Shown: piece by piece, positions 24,794 through 32,829 of the stretch | How positions within the stretch are numbered: position 1 is the stretch's first letter | How the letters are laid out: each line of letters begins with the position of its first letter | Assembly: GCA_050949345.1 (NCBI GenBank) | Contig: JBMNFN010000001.1 | Coordinates: 706,931-770,930 of the forward strand | DNA from: Anaerolineae bacterium | GTDB taxonomy: Bacteria; Chloroflexota; Anaerolineae; UBA1429 | Length of the DNA stretch: 64,000 nucleotides | Reading direction: 5' to 3' | Position numbers and translations under genes: made by a program | The notes under the pieces: model-generated | The model's database searches: none | What the model saw: the letters and a program-made list of their open reading frames with translations, nothing else | What the model was told of the DNA's origin: nothing

Positions 24794-24832
24794 GTTGCTC
24801 CTTGTCTCTGCATTGTGGGCTGCCGATGCTGC

Positions 24833-24861
24833 ATCGTAGAACATATGTTCTATTCGGTCAA
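24833..24861 (-). promoter_or_regulatory. Promoter (TTGACC-17-TACGAT) with a Cheo-type LexA box GAACATATGTTC in its spacer
   Basis: On the minus strand: TTGACC (24861-24856), 17-nt spacer containing the perfect palindrome AGAACATATGTTCT (24837-24852), then TACGAT (24838-24833). It lies 40-68 nt upstream of the Rad52-like start. Confidence 0.55.
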
Positions 24862-24897
24862 GTCCCTGGCCTGGAAGTCGCCTGATTCGCTGTGCCG

Positions 24898-25665
24898 CTA
24901 CAGAGAGGCGCGCCAACCTCCATCCACGTGGATCGTGCGACCGGTGACATAGGAGGAGGCATCCGAGGCCAGGAACACGGCCGCGCCAATCAGCTCTGCG
25001 GGGTCTCCCCACCGTCCGAGAGGGATGTTCCCCTTGACCCACTTGTCAAAGGCAGGATCTTCCGCCAGCGGACGGGTCATGTCGGTGAGAAAATAGCCCG
25101 GAGCGATCGAGTTGACCCTTATCCCACGGGGACCCCACTCGGTGGCCATGGCCCGGGTAAGTGCATCCAGCCCGCCCTTGGAGGCGATATAGTTGGCGAT
25201 AGAGGGCCGGGCGGCCTCCACATTCAGCGAGATGATGTTGATGATGCAACCTCGCCCGCGCTCGATCATCCCTCGGGCTACCGCAGTGCTTACGGTAAAG
25301 GCGGAGGTGAGATTGGTCTCCAGCACGGCCTGCCAGTCTTCCAGCCGCATCTCAAGCAGCGGCGCTCGCCGTTGGATGCCCGCGTTGTTGACCAGGATAT
25401 CGATGGGCCCTTGCTCGACCTCGATGCGGGCCACGGCATCGTTCACCTGCTGCACATCGGTGACATCAAAGGGATAGCCAGAGAGCTCAAAGCCCTCCGC
25501 TCGCAGCGAGGCTACCGCAGGCGCAACGCTCTGCTCGCGGGTGCCATTGAGCACCAACTGGGCGCCATAGGTGGCCAGGCCACGGGCGAGTGCGTAACCA
25601 AGTCCACGGCTGGATCCTGTCACCAGGGCACGCCTGCCGGAAAGGTCAAAGAGATGAGCGGCCAT
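24898..25665 (-). CDS. Short-chain dehydrogenase/reductase (gluconate 5-dehydrogenase/3-oxoacyl-ACP reductase-like)
   Basis: TGSSRGLG cofactor motif, NNAG, catalytic YxxxK (YIASK), PG motif. Confidence 0.85.
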   Translation of the reverse strand: MAAHLFDLSGRRALVTGSSRGLGYALARGLATYGAQLVLNGTREQSVAPAVASLRAEGFELSGYPFDVTDVQQVNDAVARIEVEQGPIDILVNNAGIQRRAPLLEMRLEDWQAVLETNLTSAFTVSTAVARGMIERGRGCIINIISLNVEAARPSIANYIASKGGLDALTRAMATEWGPRGIRVNSIAPGYFLTDMTRPLAEDPAFDKWVKGNIPLGRWGDPAELIGAAVFLASDASSYVTGRTIHVDGGWRASL

Positions 25666-25719
25666 GTATTCCTCCCGGCGCCGGAGCAACGCGTTTCAGG
25701 CGCCAACAAGTAGCCTGGT

Positions 25720-26991
25720 CTAGTCGATCGCCCCATAGATGTTACGGTTATTCTCAAAGAGGAGCTTGCACGCCAGCGGCTGCACATCGGCGGCGCGCAG
25801 GGTTCCCTGCTCATAACGCTCGGTGAGAGCCTGAGCCACCACATGCCGCCAGGCCAATTGTGCGCCGATGCTTTCCTCCGGCACCCAGCAGTCACTGCCC
25901 CAGGTGATGCGGTTGACCGAGCGGGCCACATCCAGCAGCTCCTGGAGGGCACGGACGGCAGTGGTCGTGCTGATGGTGGCCGTCCAGGTGAGGGACGAGA
26001 TCACATTGGCATAGTTGTGGGCCAGCCCTGCGGCTTCGGCGATCCAGGGGTAGCCGGTATGAAACAGCACGAAACGGGTGTCGGCGTGCCGCTCGAGCAC
26101 CGGCAAGAGCAGCATGGGATTGGAGCCGCCCAGGTGACCGAGGCCTGTGTGGATCTGGAAGGGAACCTGCAGCTCGGCGGCCAGTTCACAGCAGCGGTTA
26201 AAGACATAGTTGCTAAAGAGACGCCGCGCCTCGGAGGACACCAGCTCCGGCGGCCGTCCAAAGGCTGCTTCGGCTGCGGCCCGGTCGTCCTGGTCGAAAT
26301 CCAGCCGGCGGTTGTAGGCCTCGGCGCACTTGAGTGCCGCCACCAGGCCGGCCGCATGACGCCGCTTTACCGTCTCGCGCAGGCAGGCGATATAGTCGTC
26401 CAGCGTACCGCCCTCGAAACCGTACAGCTCCCAGGGATAGATATCATCCGGGGCCACCTGGTCGGGGTGGTAGCCATACAGGAACTTGTCTATGCGGAAA
26501 GTGGGCACAAAGGCCTCGGGATGGCCCATGTCATCGCCCGGATTCCAGTAGGCGTCCTGGATGAGGCGCTCATAGCCATTGTTGAGCAGCGCCTGCCAGT
26601 GCAAGTCAGGGTTCTGTCGGTGGTTTTTCGACACGATACCCGAGATGTACTCCCAGTTCTCCATGGTGAGCGGCTCGGTGATGCCGTGCATGCGCTGCAG
26701 GCCGCGCTCGTACCAGACAAAGTACGAGTTGTAGCGCACATTGTCCAGGAGCGCCGCACGGGATGCCGGGCCAGAGTCCGGAACGAATCCGGTCCAGGCC
26801 ACATACGTCCTGGACAGGGACTTGTCCAGGGACATGCCCTCGGTAAAGAAAGAGTCGGGAAGGTGGTGCTCATGGTCGGAATAAACCGGCAGCGCGTCGA
26901 CATCGGCACGGATCGATGACAGATTTCGCTCAGGCACGGTGGCGATTCTCCTTGACGGGCAGCCCCCAGGCTGTCTTGATGGATCCATCTT
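25720..26991 (-). CDS. Amidohydrolase-2 family TIM-barrel metal-dependent hydrolase
   Basis: N-terminal metal-binding HxH-type motif (YSDHEHHLP). C-terminal HTGYPW and conserved Asp typical of PF04909-like proteins. The start is uncertain. Confidence 0.55.
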   Translation of the reverse strand, partial: KMDPSRQPGGCPSRRIATVPERNLSSIRADVDALPVYSDHEHHLPDSFFTEGMSLDKSLSRTYVAWTGFVPDSGPASRAALLDNVRYNSYFVWYERGLQRMHGITEPLTMENWEYISGIVSKNHRQNPDLHWQALLNNGYERLIQDAYWNPGDDMGHPEAFVPTFRIDKFLYGYHPDQVAPDDIYPWELYGFEGGTLDDYIACLRETVKRRHAAGLVAALKCAEAYNRRLDFDQDDRAAAEAAFGRPPELVSSEARRLFSNYVFNRCCELAAELQVPFQIHTGLGHLGGSNPMLLLPVLERHADTRFVLFHTGYPWIAEAAGLAHNYANVISSLTWTATISTTTAVRALQELLDVARSVNRITWGSDCWVPEESIGAQLAWRHVVAQALTERYEQGTLRAADVQPLACKLLFENNRNIYGAID

Positions 26992-27071
26992 ACGTGAGCG
27001 AGACGGCACCTGCAAGAGAAAACGCAGGGACGCTGGGCCCCTGCGTTGCTCGTGACGCGACCTGTCCGAGC

Positions 27072-29000
27072 CTATCGCCAGCGAAAAGTCCTCAGGGCAC
27101 TGGTGGGTGAAACCTCCAGCCACGCCTCGGAGCCGTTCTCACTGCGCACCACCGTTACATCCCACCGCAATCGATCGTCCCTGCGCCCGCGCGGTTGGAC
27201 TTCACGGCCGAGCCGCAGCGAGGTCGCTTTGGTACGATACTCGACCGGCTCCTCCCCGCGCGACGACGACCACACCCGCACGCGATACCACTCTTCCCTG
27301 GCCAGGATGCCCACCGAGGTCCATTGCAAAAGTGGAGACGTGTCGGTGGCACTGACCACCGAGCCATCCGTCGGGCTGAGCAGACGCGGCGCCCGATAGG
27401 TCCAGACCACCTGCGGCGTGCTGTCGCTCAGTGGCGCAGGCGTGCCTGCGCCACTCTGGGAACCCATCGAGTCAGACGCGACTGGGCTTTCACCCGAGCC
27501 GGCTTCTGCCGAGGACTCGGCCTCGCCCTCCTCCTGCGGTATCTGCAGCTCCTGGCCAATACTGAGGATGGACTCTAGCGACAGGTTGTTCGCTCGGGCG
27601 ATATCGGCCGAAGAGACCTGGTACTGGACGGCAATAGAGCCCAGTGTGTCGCCCTGCACCACCACATGCACCCGAGGCTGGGTGTCCTCGGCGGGGGGCG
27701 CGGTGGGCGTGGCCGTGGGCTCCTCCGTGGGCACCGGGGTTGGCTCCTCCACCGTCGGGCTCGGCTCTGCCGCCGGCTCGGCAGTCGGCTCAGCCGCCGG
27801 CTCGGCCGCCGCCACCTCGGGCACGGGCGTGGGAATCACCAGCTCCTGGCCGATGGAAAGAATGCTGGATAGAGTCAGATTGTTGGCGCTGGCCAGTTCC
27901 TCTTTGGTCACACCATAGCGTTGCGAGATGAGCAAGAGATTCTCACCACGCTGCACCACGTGCACCTGGGGTGCCGAGGGAGCCACTTCGGGCTCGGGGG
28001 TACTCTCGGCCTGCTCGGACGCTGCGTCAGCGGGAACCGCGGCGTTGGGGATCACCAGCTCCTGGCCCAGGCTTAGAATGGACCCAGCTGAGATGTTGTT
28101 GGCGGCAGCGATGGCGGCAGCATCCACCCCATAGCGAACGGCCAGCGCCCCCAGGGTGTCGCCAGCAGCGACCACGTGCACCAGTCGCTCCACCGTGGTG
28201 GTCTCGGCCTCGGATGCTGCACCGGCTGTAGGCACGGGCGTGGGAATGGTGAGCACATCGCCGATGCGCAGCACCGCCGACGGGCTGATGCCATTGGCGC
28301 GAGCCAGGTCCTCTACAGACAGTCCGTAGCGGACCGCGATTCGCCCCAGCACATCTCCCGCCACCACAGTGTAGGTCAATGGACCTGCGGGCTGTGGCTC
28401 CTCCGTCGCCGCTGGCGGGGCTTCGGGAGTTGGTTCAGGAGTGGGCTCGAGCGTTGCGGGCTCTGCCTCCTCAGAGGGCACCTCGCTGGGAGCAGGCTCC
28501 TGCGCCCCCGGATCCTCCTGCGGGGCAAAGGCCTCGACCTCCCCTTGACCGGAAGCCGTGCCCGCACCAGATGTCTCCCCTTCAGGTCCTGGCTCCACCT
28601 CCGTTTGTGGTGTCAGGGTCGGCGCTGTGGTAACCGCGCCGGGACCCACCGGTGCGGTTTTTGGCGCCACTGCAGCGAGCAACTCTGTGCGCGTAGGAGT
28701 CAACTCCACCCATGTGCCGCCACCCACGGGCAGCATCCACCACGCCAGGGCGATGCCGATACCCAGAATCACCAGGCTCGACAGCACGCGAACGAACACG
28801 GGAACAGCAGTCAGGAGGCTCGTGCGCCGCTCGGCGCCACAGTATGGGCAGCTCCTGGAGGTCCGCTCCAGTCGTGCGCCACACTCGTGACAGGTTACAT
28901 CCGAGTGCTCACCCGGGTCCTCGTATCCGCACATCGGGCACATGCTCAGGCTATGCGGATAGCGAGCCCCACAGGCGCGACAACGTTTCGAATTCAACAT
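27072..29000 (-). CDS. Membrane-anchored protein with N-terminal double zinc ribbon and four LysM peptidoglycan-binding repeats
   Basis: Zinc ribbons CRACG...CPMCG and CHECG...CPYCG, then a TM helix. Four LysM repeats (YTVVAGDVLGRIAVRYG, VHVVAAGDTLGALAVRYG, VHVVQRGENLLLISQRYG, VHVVVQGDTLGSIAVQYQ) are separated by P/E/T-rich linkers. Confidence 0.8.
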   Translation of the reverse strand: MLNSKRCRACGARYPHSLSMCPMCGYEDPGEHSDVTCHECGARLERTSRSCPYCGAERRTSLLTAVPVFVRVLSSLVILGIGIALAWWMLPVGGGTWVELTPTRTELLAAVAPKTAPVGPGAVTTAPTLTPQTEVEPGPEGETSGAGTASGQGEVEAFAPQEDPGAQEPAPSEVPSEEAEPATLEPTPEPTPEAPPAATEEPQPAGPLTYTVVAGDVLGRIAVRYGLSVEDLARANGISPSAVLRIGDVLTIPTPVPTAGAASEAETTTVERLVHVVAAGDTLGALAVRYGVDAAAIAAANNISAGSILSLGQELVIPNAAVPADAASEQAESTPEPEVAPSAPQVHVVQRGENLLLISQRYGVTKEELASANNLTLSSILSIGQELVIPTPVPEVAAAEPAAEPTAEPAAEPSPTVEEPTPVPTEEPTATPTAPPAEDTQPRVHVVVQGDTLGSIAVQYQVSSADIARANNLSLESILSIGQELQIPQEEGEAESSAEAGSGESPVASDSMGSQSGAGTPAPLSDSTPQVVWTYRAPRLLSPTDGSVVSATDTSPLLQWTSVGILAREEWYRVRVWSSSRGEEPVEYRTKATSLRLGREVQPRGRRDDRLRWDVTVVRSENGSEAWLEVSPTSALRTFRWR

Positions 29001-29015
29001 CGCAACAGATACCGA

Positions 29016-29588
29016 TCAGGCCAGCGTCCCGACGAGATCCAATGCGGGGGCAATGGTACGCAGGGCAGCGATCACCCGGGTGATGTGCTCGGCACGTTCC
29101 ACACCGAGCTCGGCCATGCCCAGCTCGATATCTTCACGGTTCACGCCGCGGGCGAAGGCCTTGTCTTTCCACTTTTTGGTAACGGACTTGGCCTCGAGAT
29201 CCAATATGCTCTTGCTGGGACGCACGAGGGCAGCCGCGGTCACCAAGCCTGTGAGCTCGTCCACGGCGAACAAGGTCTTGGCCATCAGCGTCTCACGAGG
29301 GACGTTCAGATAGAGTGCATGTCCTTTGACGGCGTCGACGATCTCTTCTGGCCAGCCCAGCTCCTGCAAGAGCGCCACGCCTGCCAGCGGGTGCTCCTCA
29401 GCCGTGGGGTGCTCCTCATAGTCCACATCATGGATCAAGCCGGTCACCGCCCAGAGCTCTTGATCCTCCCCAAACACACCGGCATAATAGCGCATGGCGG
29501 CTTCTACCGCCAGAGCGTGCTTGATCAGGCTGTCGGAATGGACATGCTCTGTCAACAGGTTCCAAGCGTCTTCTCTTGTCGGTCTCAC
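29016..29588 (-). CDS. HD-domain (HDIG-type) phosphohydrolase
   Basis: H...HD metal motif (IKHALAV...GLIHDVDY). About 190 aa, single HD domain. Confidence 0.7.
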   Translation of the reverse strand: MRPTREDAWNLLTEHVHSDSLIKHALAVEAAMRYYAGVFGEDQELWAVTGLIHDVDYEEHPTAEEHPLAGVALLQELGWPEEIVDAVKGHALYLNVPRETLMAKTLFAVDELTGLVTAAALVRPSKSILDLEAKSVTKKWKDKAFARGVNREDIELGMAELGVERAEHITRVIAALRTIAPALDLVGTLA

Positions 29589-30328
29589 GACCAGTCTCCT
29601 TTTCCAGTCTCTATCGCGTCCTGCTGCACGCGGAACAGCCTCTCGAGCCCCTGCTCCGCCAGCTCCAGCATCACGCCAAGCTGCGCTCGGGTAAAAGGAG
29701 CCCCTTCACCAGTGCCCTGCACCTCAACCAGCGTGCCTTCAGAGGTCATCACCACATTGAGATCGACGTCGGCCCGTGAGTCCTCCGAATAGTCGAGATC
29801 CAGCAGCGCACAACCGTCCAGCATGCCGACGCTGATGGCGGCGACCTGATGGCTCAAAGCATCGACCGTCAGAGCGCCCGAGCGACGCAAGCCGGCCATC
29901 GCCTGCGCCACCGCCACATAGGCGCCGGTGATGGACGCGGTGCGCGTCCCCCCATCGGCTCGCAGTACATCACAGTCCACCGTCAACGTGCGCTCTCCCA
30001 GGGCGGACCGATCCACTGCCATGCGCAAACTGCGGCCCACCAGACGGCGAATCTCCTGGGTCCTGCCCGAGGCGAGTCCCCGCTGTCGATCGGTCCGCCC
30101 GTCGGTGGCATAGGGCAGCATCATGTACTCGGCGGTCAGCCAGCCCACCCCCTTGCCCGCGAGCCAGGGCGGCACACCATCGCTCAACGTAGCCACACAC
30201 ACCACACGCGTGTTGCCCATACTCACCAGCGCTGAGCCAGCCGCCTGCTCGATGTATCCCGTGCGGATGGACACCGGGCGAAGCTGGTCAGGGCGCCGGC
30301 CACGGCGCGGTCCACTGCAATTATCCAA
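29585..30328 (-). CDS. rph: Ribonuclease PH
   Basis: GRRPDQLRPV N-terminus, TAEYMMLPYATDGRT, full-length RNase PH similarity. A TTG start is proposed at 30328, overlapping the ybeY stop (TTGGATAA) with a GAGGAGGAG SD directly upstream. The ATG-initiated ORF in the track extends to 30361. Confidence 0.85.
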   Translation of the reverse strand: MDNCSGPRRGRRPDQLRPVSIRTGYIEQAAGSALVSMGNTRVVCVATLSDGVPPWLAGKGVGWLTAEYMMLPYATDGRTDRQRGLASGRTQEIRRLVGRSLRMAVDRSALGERTLTVDCDVLRADGGTRTASITGAYVAVAQAMAGLRRSGALTVDALSHQVAAISVGMLDGCALLDLDYSEDSRADVDLNVVMTSEGTLVEVQGTGEGAPFTRAQLGVMLELAEQGLERLFRVQQDAIETGKGDWS

Positions 30329-30821
30329 GGGACTCCTCCTCAGAGGGCTCTTCCGGGACATAGCTCTTCAGGCGCAGCCCCAATTGGAAGAGTACCTGGT
30401 CCTGCAGGGTCCACATGGTCCTTTGTTCGTCCTGATCTGCATGATCGTACCCCAGGAGATGCAACGTCCCATGGGTCACCAGCAATGCCAGCTCTTCGAT
30501 GACTGGATGCCCCATGGCATCCGCCTGCCGCAGGGCCGTAGGATAGGAGATGACAATGTCCCCCAGCTCAGTATTGACCTCTGGCTGCACAAAACCAGCC
30601 ACGGGCCCTGAGCCAAAGGACAGAACGTCGGTCGGCGCATCCACACCACGAAACTGGCGATTCAACCGCTGGATCACGGCATCATCGGTCAAGGTGATCG
30701 AGAGCTGCACCTCATCGGAGGCGGAGGCAAGCACCAGCGTCGCCTCGACAACGCTCTGAAGCCTCGCGGCATCCCACTCTGTCAGGGGTGCATCGCCCAC
30801 ATCGAGATTCAGTGCGAGCAC
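30321..30821 (-). CDS. ybeY: rRNA maturation endoribonuclease YbeY
   Basis: Conserved HGxLHLxGYDH zinc-binding motif (THGTLHLLGYDH). Confidence 0.85.
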   Translation of the reverse strand: MLALNLDVGDAPLTEWDAARLQSVVEATLVLASASDEVQLSITLTDDAVIQRLNRQFRGVDAPTDVLSFGSGPVAGFVQPEVNTELGDIVISYPTALRQADAMGHPVIEELALLVTHGTLHLLGYDHADQDEQRTMWTLQDQVLFQLGLRLKSYVPEEPSEEESLG

Positions 30822-31546
30822 TGTTTCAATCCCTGTCCTTCTCCGTGCACAGCAGCGGGGCTGGCAACGCGCCCATCATCAACGGAATCTGCATACACGC
30901 CACGATATTTTTCGGGCAGGAGTGCAGCGATGCGCCGCATGACCTCGTCCGCATAGTCCTGCAACCGGTCAGCATCGGGCTTGCCCTCAAAGGTCCACCG
31001 GAATGGTTCCCCAAAAACAAGGTGACATTCCGGACGCTTGAGACGCCGCAAGTCGCCGATACGCTCAATGCCCCAGCAGGCAACCGGCACGATGATGGCA
31101 TCGGTACGGCTGGCCAGATAGGCCACGCCAGCCTTGGCGCGCTGCAAGCCGCCGGTTCGGCTGCGGGTGCCCTCCGGCGCCAGCGCCAGGGCTCCGCCCG
31201 CGTTGAGCACCTGCAGGCAGGCCCGCAAAGCGGTCCGGTCGACCTCACCCCTGCGTACGAAAATGGTGCCTGCTCCCCGCAGGAACTGTCGCACGAGCCA
31301 GTTCTTGGACCACTTGGCGGCAGCCAACACCACCACCTGCCTTGGAAGCGCAGCACCAGCGGCGACCGGGTCAAAGAGATGTAGATGATTCATGGCGAAA
31401 ATGGTGGGTCCAGCGAGGGGAAGCTGGTCCCTGCCCTCCACACGAAAGCGATAGAATGTGTGCATCAACACCCAAATGATTCTACGCAAGGTGTGGTACA
31501 CGCAGGGATGTGAGCTGTAGGGGATCCGCTCCGCTCGCCGGCCCAT
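30809..31546 (-). CDS. plsC: 1-acyl-sn-glycerol-3-phosphate acyltransferase (LPLAT family)
   Basis: NHxxxxD motif (MNHLHLFDP), FVRRG, PEGTRS motifs. 13-nt overlap with ybeY. Confidence 0.75.
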   Translation of the reverse strand: MGRRAERIPYSSHPCVYHTLRRIIWVLMHTFYRFRVEGRDQLPLAGPTIFAMNHLHLFDPVAAGAALPRQVVVLAAAKWSKNWLVRQFLRGAGTIFVRRGEVDRTALRACLQVLNAGGALALAPEGTRSRTGGLQRAKAGVAYLASRTDAIIVPVACWGIERIGDLRRLKRPECHLVFGEPFRWTFEGKPDADRLQDYADEVMRRIAALLPEKYRGVYADSVDDGRVASPAAVHGEGQGLKQCSH

Positions 31547-31710
31547 GATCCGCTCTCCCAGAGAAAAACTGTGCGCAGCTGGCCCGCGCATTCCAGAAGT
31601 TTAGCATGGTTGGTTCGGGTGGCAAGTACCGCGAGCGCGCAAGATGGTTGACACAGAACTATCCCAGGGACTATGCTCCGGCCATGTTCGCAAGACCAGA
31701 GGAGGCAGTG

Positions 31711-32607
31711 ATGGTCGCATACAGCAACCGAGAGGAAATCATCCAGATCACGTCACAGTGGAAAGGCGACCGCTTTGATGACGGGCGGCCGCGCGTTCCC
31801 GATGAGATCCTGCAGCGGCTGCGTGCACTGCAGATTGTGACCGAGGAGGCCTGGTCGGTGCTCTGGCATCATGGCTATGAGCGCCAGTTTGAAGGCAACT
31901 GGGTGAACCTGCGGCCGGACCGCATCATGATCGGACGCGCGGTAACCGCCACCTTTGTTCCCCACCGCCCTGATCTGCACGACGAGCTGATGAGCTATGG
32001 GCACGAGCAGGAAGGCCGCATCGGCGCCATGAACTCCTGGGTGATCGAGACGCTCCAAAAGGATGACGTGCCGGTGATCGACCTGTTCGGCAAGGTGTAC
32101 AAAGGCACCTTTTCGGGCGCTAACCTCTCCACGGCTATCGCTACCCGCACCGGCGTGGGACAAGTGATCTATGGCGGCATCCGTGACGCCCAGCAGATCC
32201 TGGAGATCCCGGACTTTTGCACGTTCTGCAAAGGCGTGGATCCTACGCCCATCCGTGACGTGACCCTGGTGGGACTGAACACCCCCTGCCGCATCGGAGA
32301 CGCCATCTGCCTGCCGGGCGACATTGTAATCGGCACTTACTCTGGGGTGCTGTTTGTGCCGCCGCACCTGGCCGAAGAGGTGCTCGAGCACGCCGAACGG
32401 ACGCACCTGCGCGAGGTGTTTTCGCACATGCGGCTGCGTGAAGGCATCTACACTTCCAGCCAGATGGACACCCAGTGGACCGATGCCATCACGGCGGACT
32501 TTGATGCCTGGCGCGCGACCCAGCAACCCGCCGGCGCCGAGGGGATCGACTGGAGTCGCCGCAGCCGCGCCGAAGAGGCGCAGTCTGGCGAAGAGACCAC
32601 CGCCTGA
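31711..32607 (+). CDS. RraA-family protein (RNase E regulator/4-hydroxy-4-methyl-2-oxoglutarate aldolase-like fold) with N- and C-terminal extensions
   Basis: Central region resembles the RraA/MenG-like fold (GGIRDAQQILEIPDFCTFCKGVDP, GDIVIGTYSGVLFVP). The start is uncertain; a TTG-initiated ORF begins at 31606. Confidence 0.5.
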   Translation: MVAYSNREEIIQITSQWKGDRFDDGRPRVPDEILQRLRALQIVTEEAWSVLWHHGYERQFEGNWVNLRPDRIMIGRAVTATFVPHRPDLHDELMSYGHEQEGRIGAMNSWVIETLQKDDVPVIDLFGKVYKGTFSGANLSTAIATRTGVGQVIYGGIRDAQQILEIPDFCTFCKGVDPTPIRDVTLVGLNTPCRIGDAICLPGDIVIGTYSGVLFVPPHLAEEVLEHAERTHLREVFSHMRLREGIYTSSQMDTQWTDAITADFDAWRATQQPAGAEGIDWSRRSRAEEAQSGEETTA

Positions 32608-32829
32608 CCTCCCAATACCCGTGCGGCGAGGGCAGGTCTCCTCGCCGCACGCAAGGCTCGGCCTCTAACGCCCCGTCAGCGGCACAAGGCCCGCCCGGAG
32701 CGCTCTTGGAGGAGCACAACCCCTGTGATAATATGTACCGACCGCTCTGGGTGAGCGAGGCTTTTCCCCGAGGCACCTGTGGGCAATTCACGCCGAACCT
32801 TGACCAGCTCTCCAGCACCGGCACAGGTC

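Noticed and set aside
23205-25042. Prophage remnant (Rad52/Sak-like SSAP)
   Set aside because: No integrase, terminase, capsid or repressor genes, and no att-like repeats. Flanked by housekeeping genes. The LexA-box promoter argues for a host SOS gene.
27400-28500. Nucleotide-level repeats suggesting a mobile or repetitive element
   Set aside because: The repeats are the coding sequence of four LysM modules and their Pro/Glu/Thr linkers within one intact ORF.
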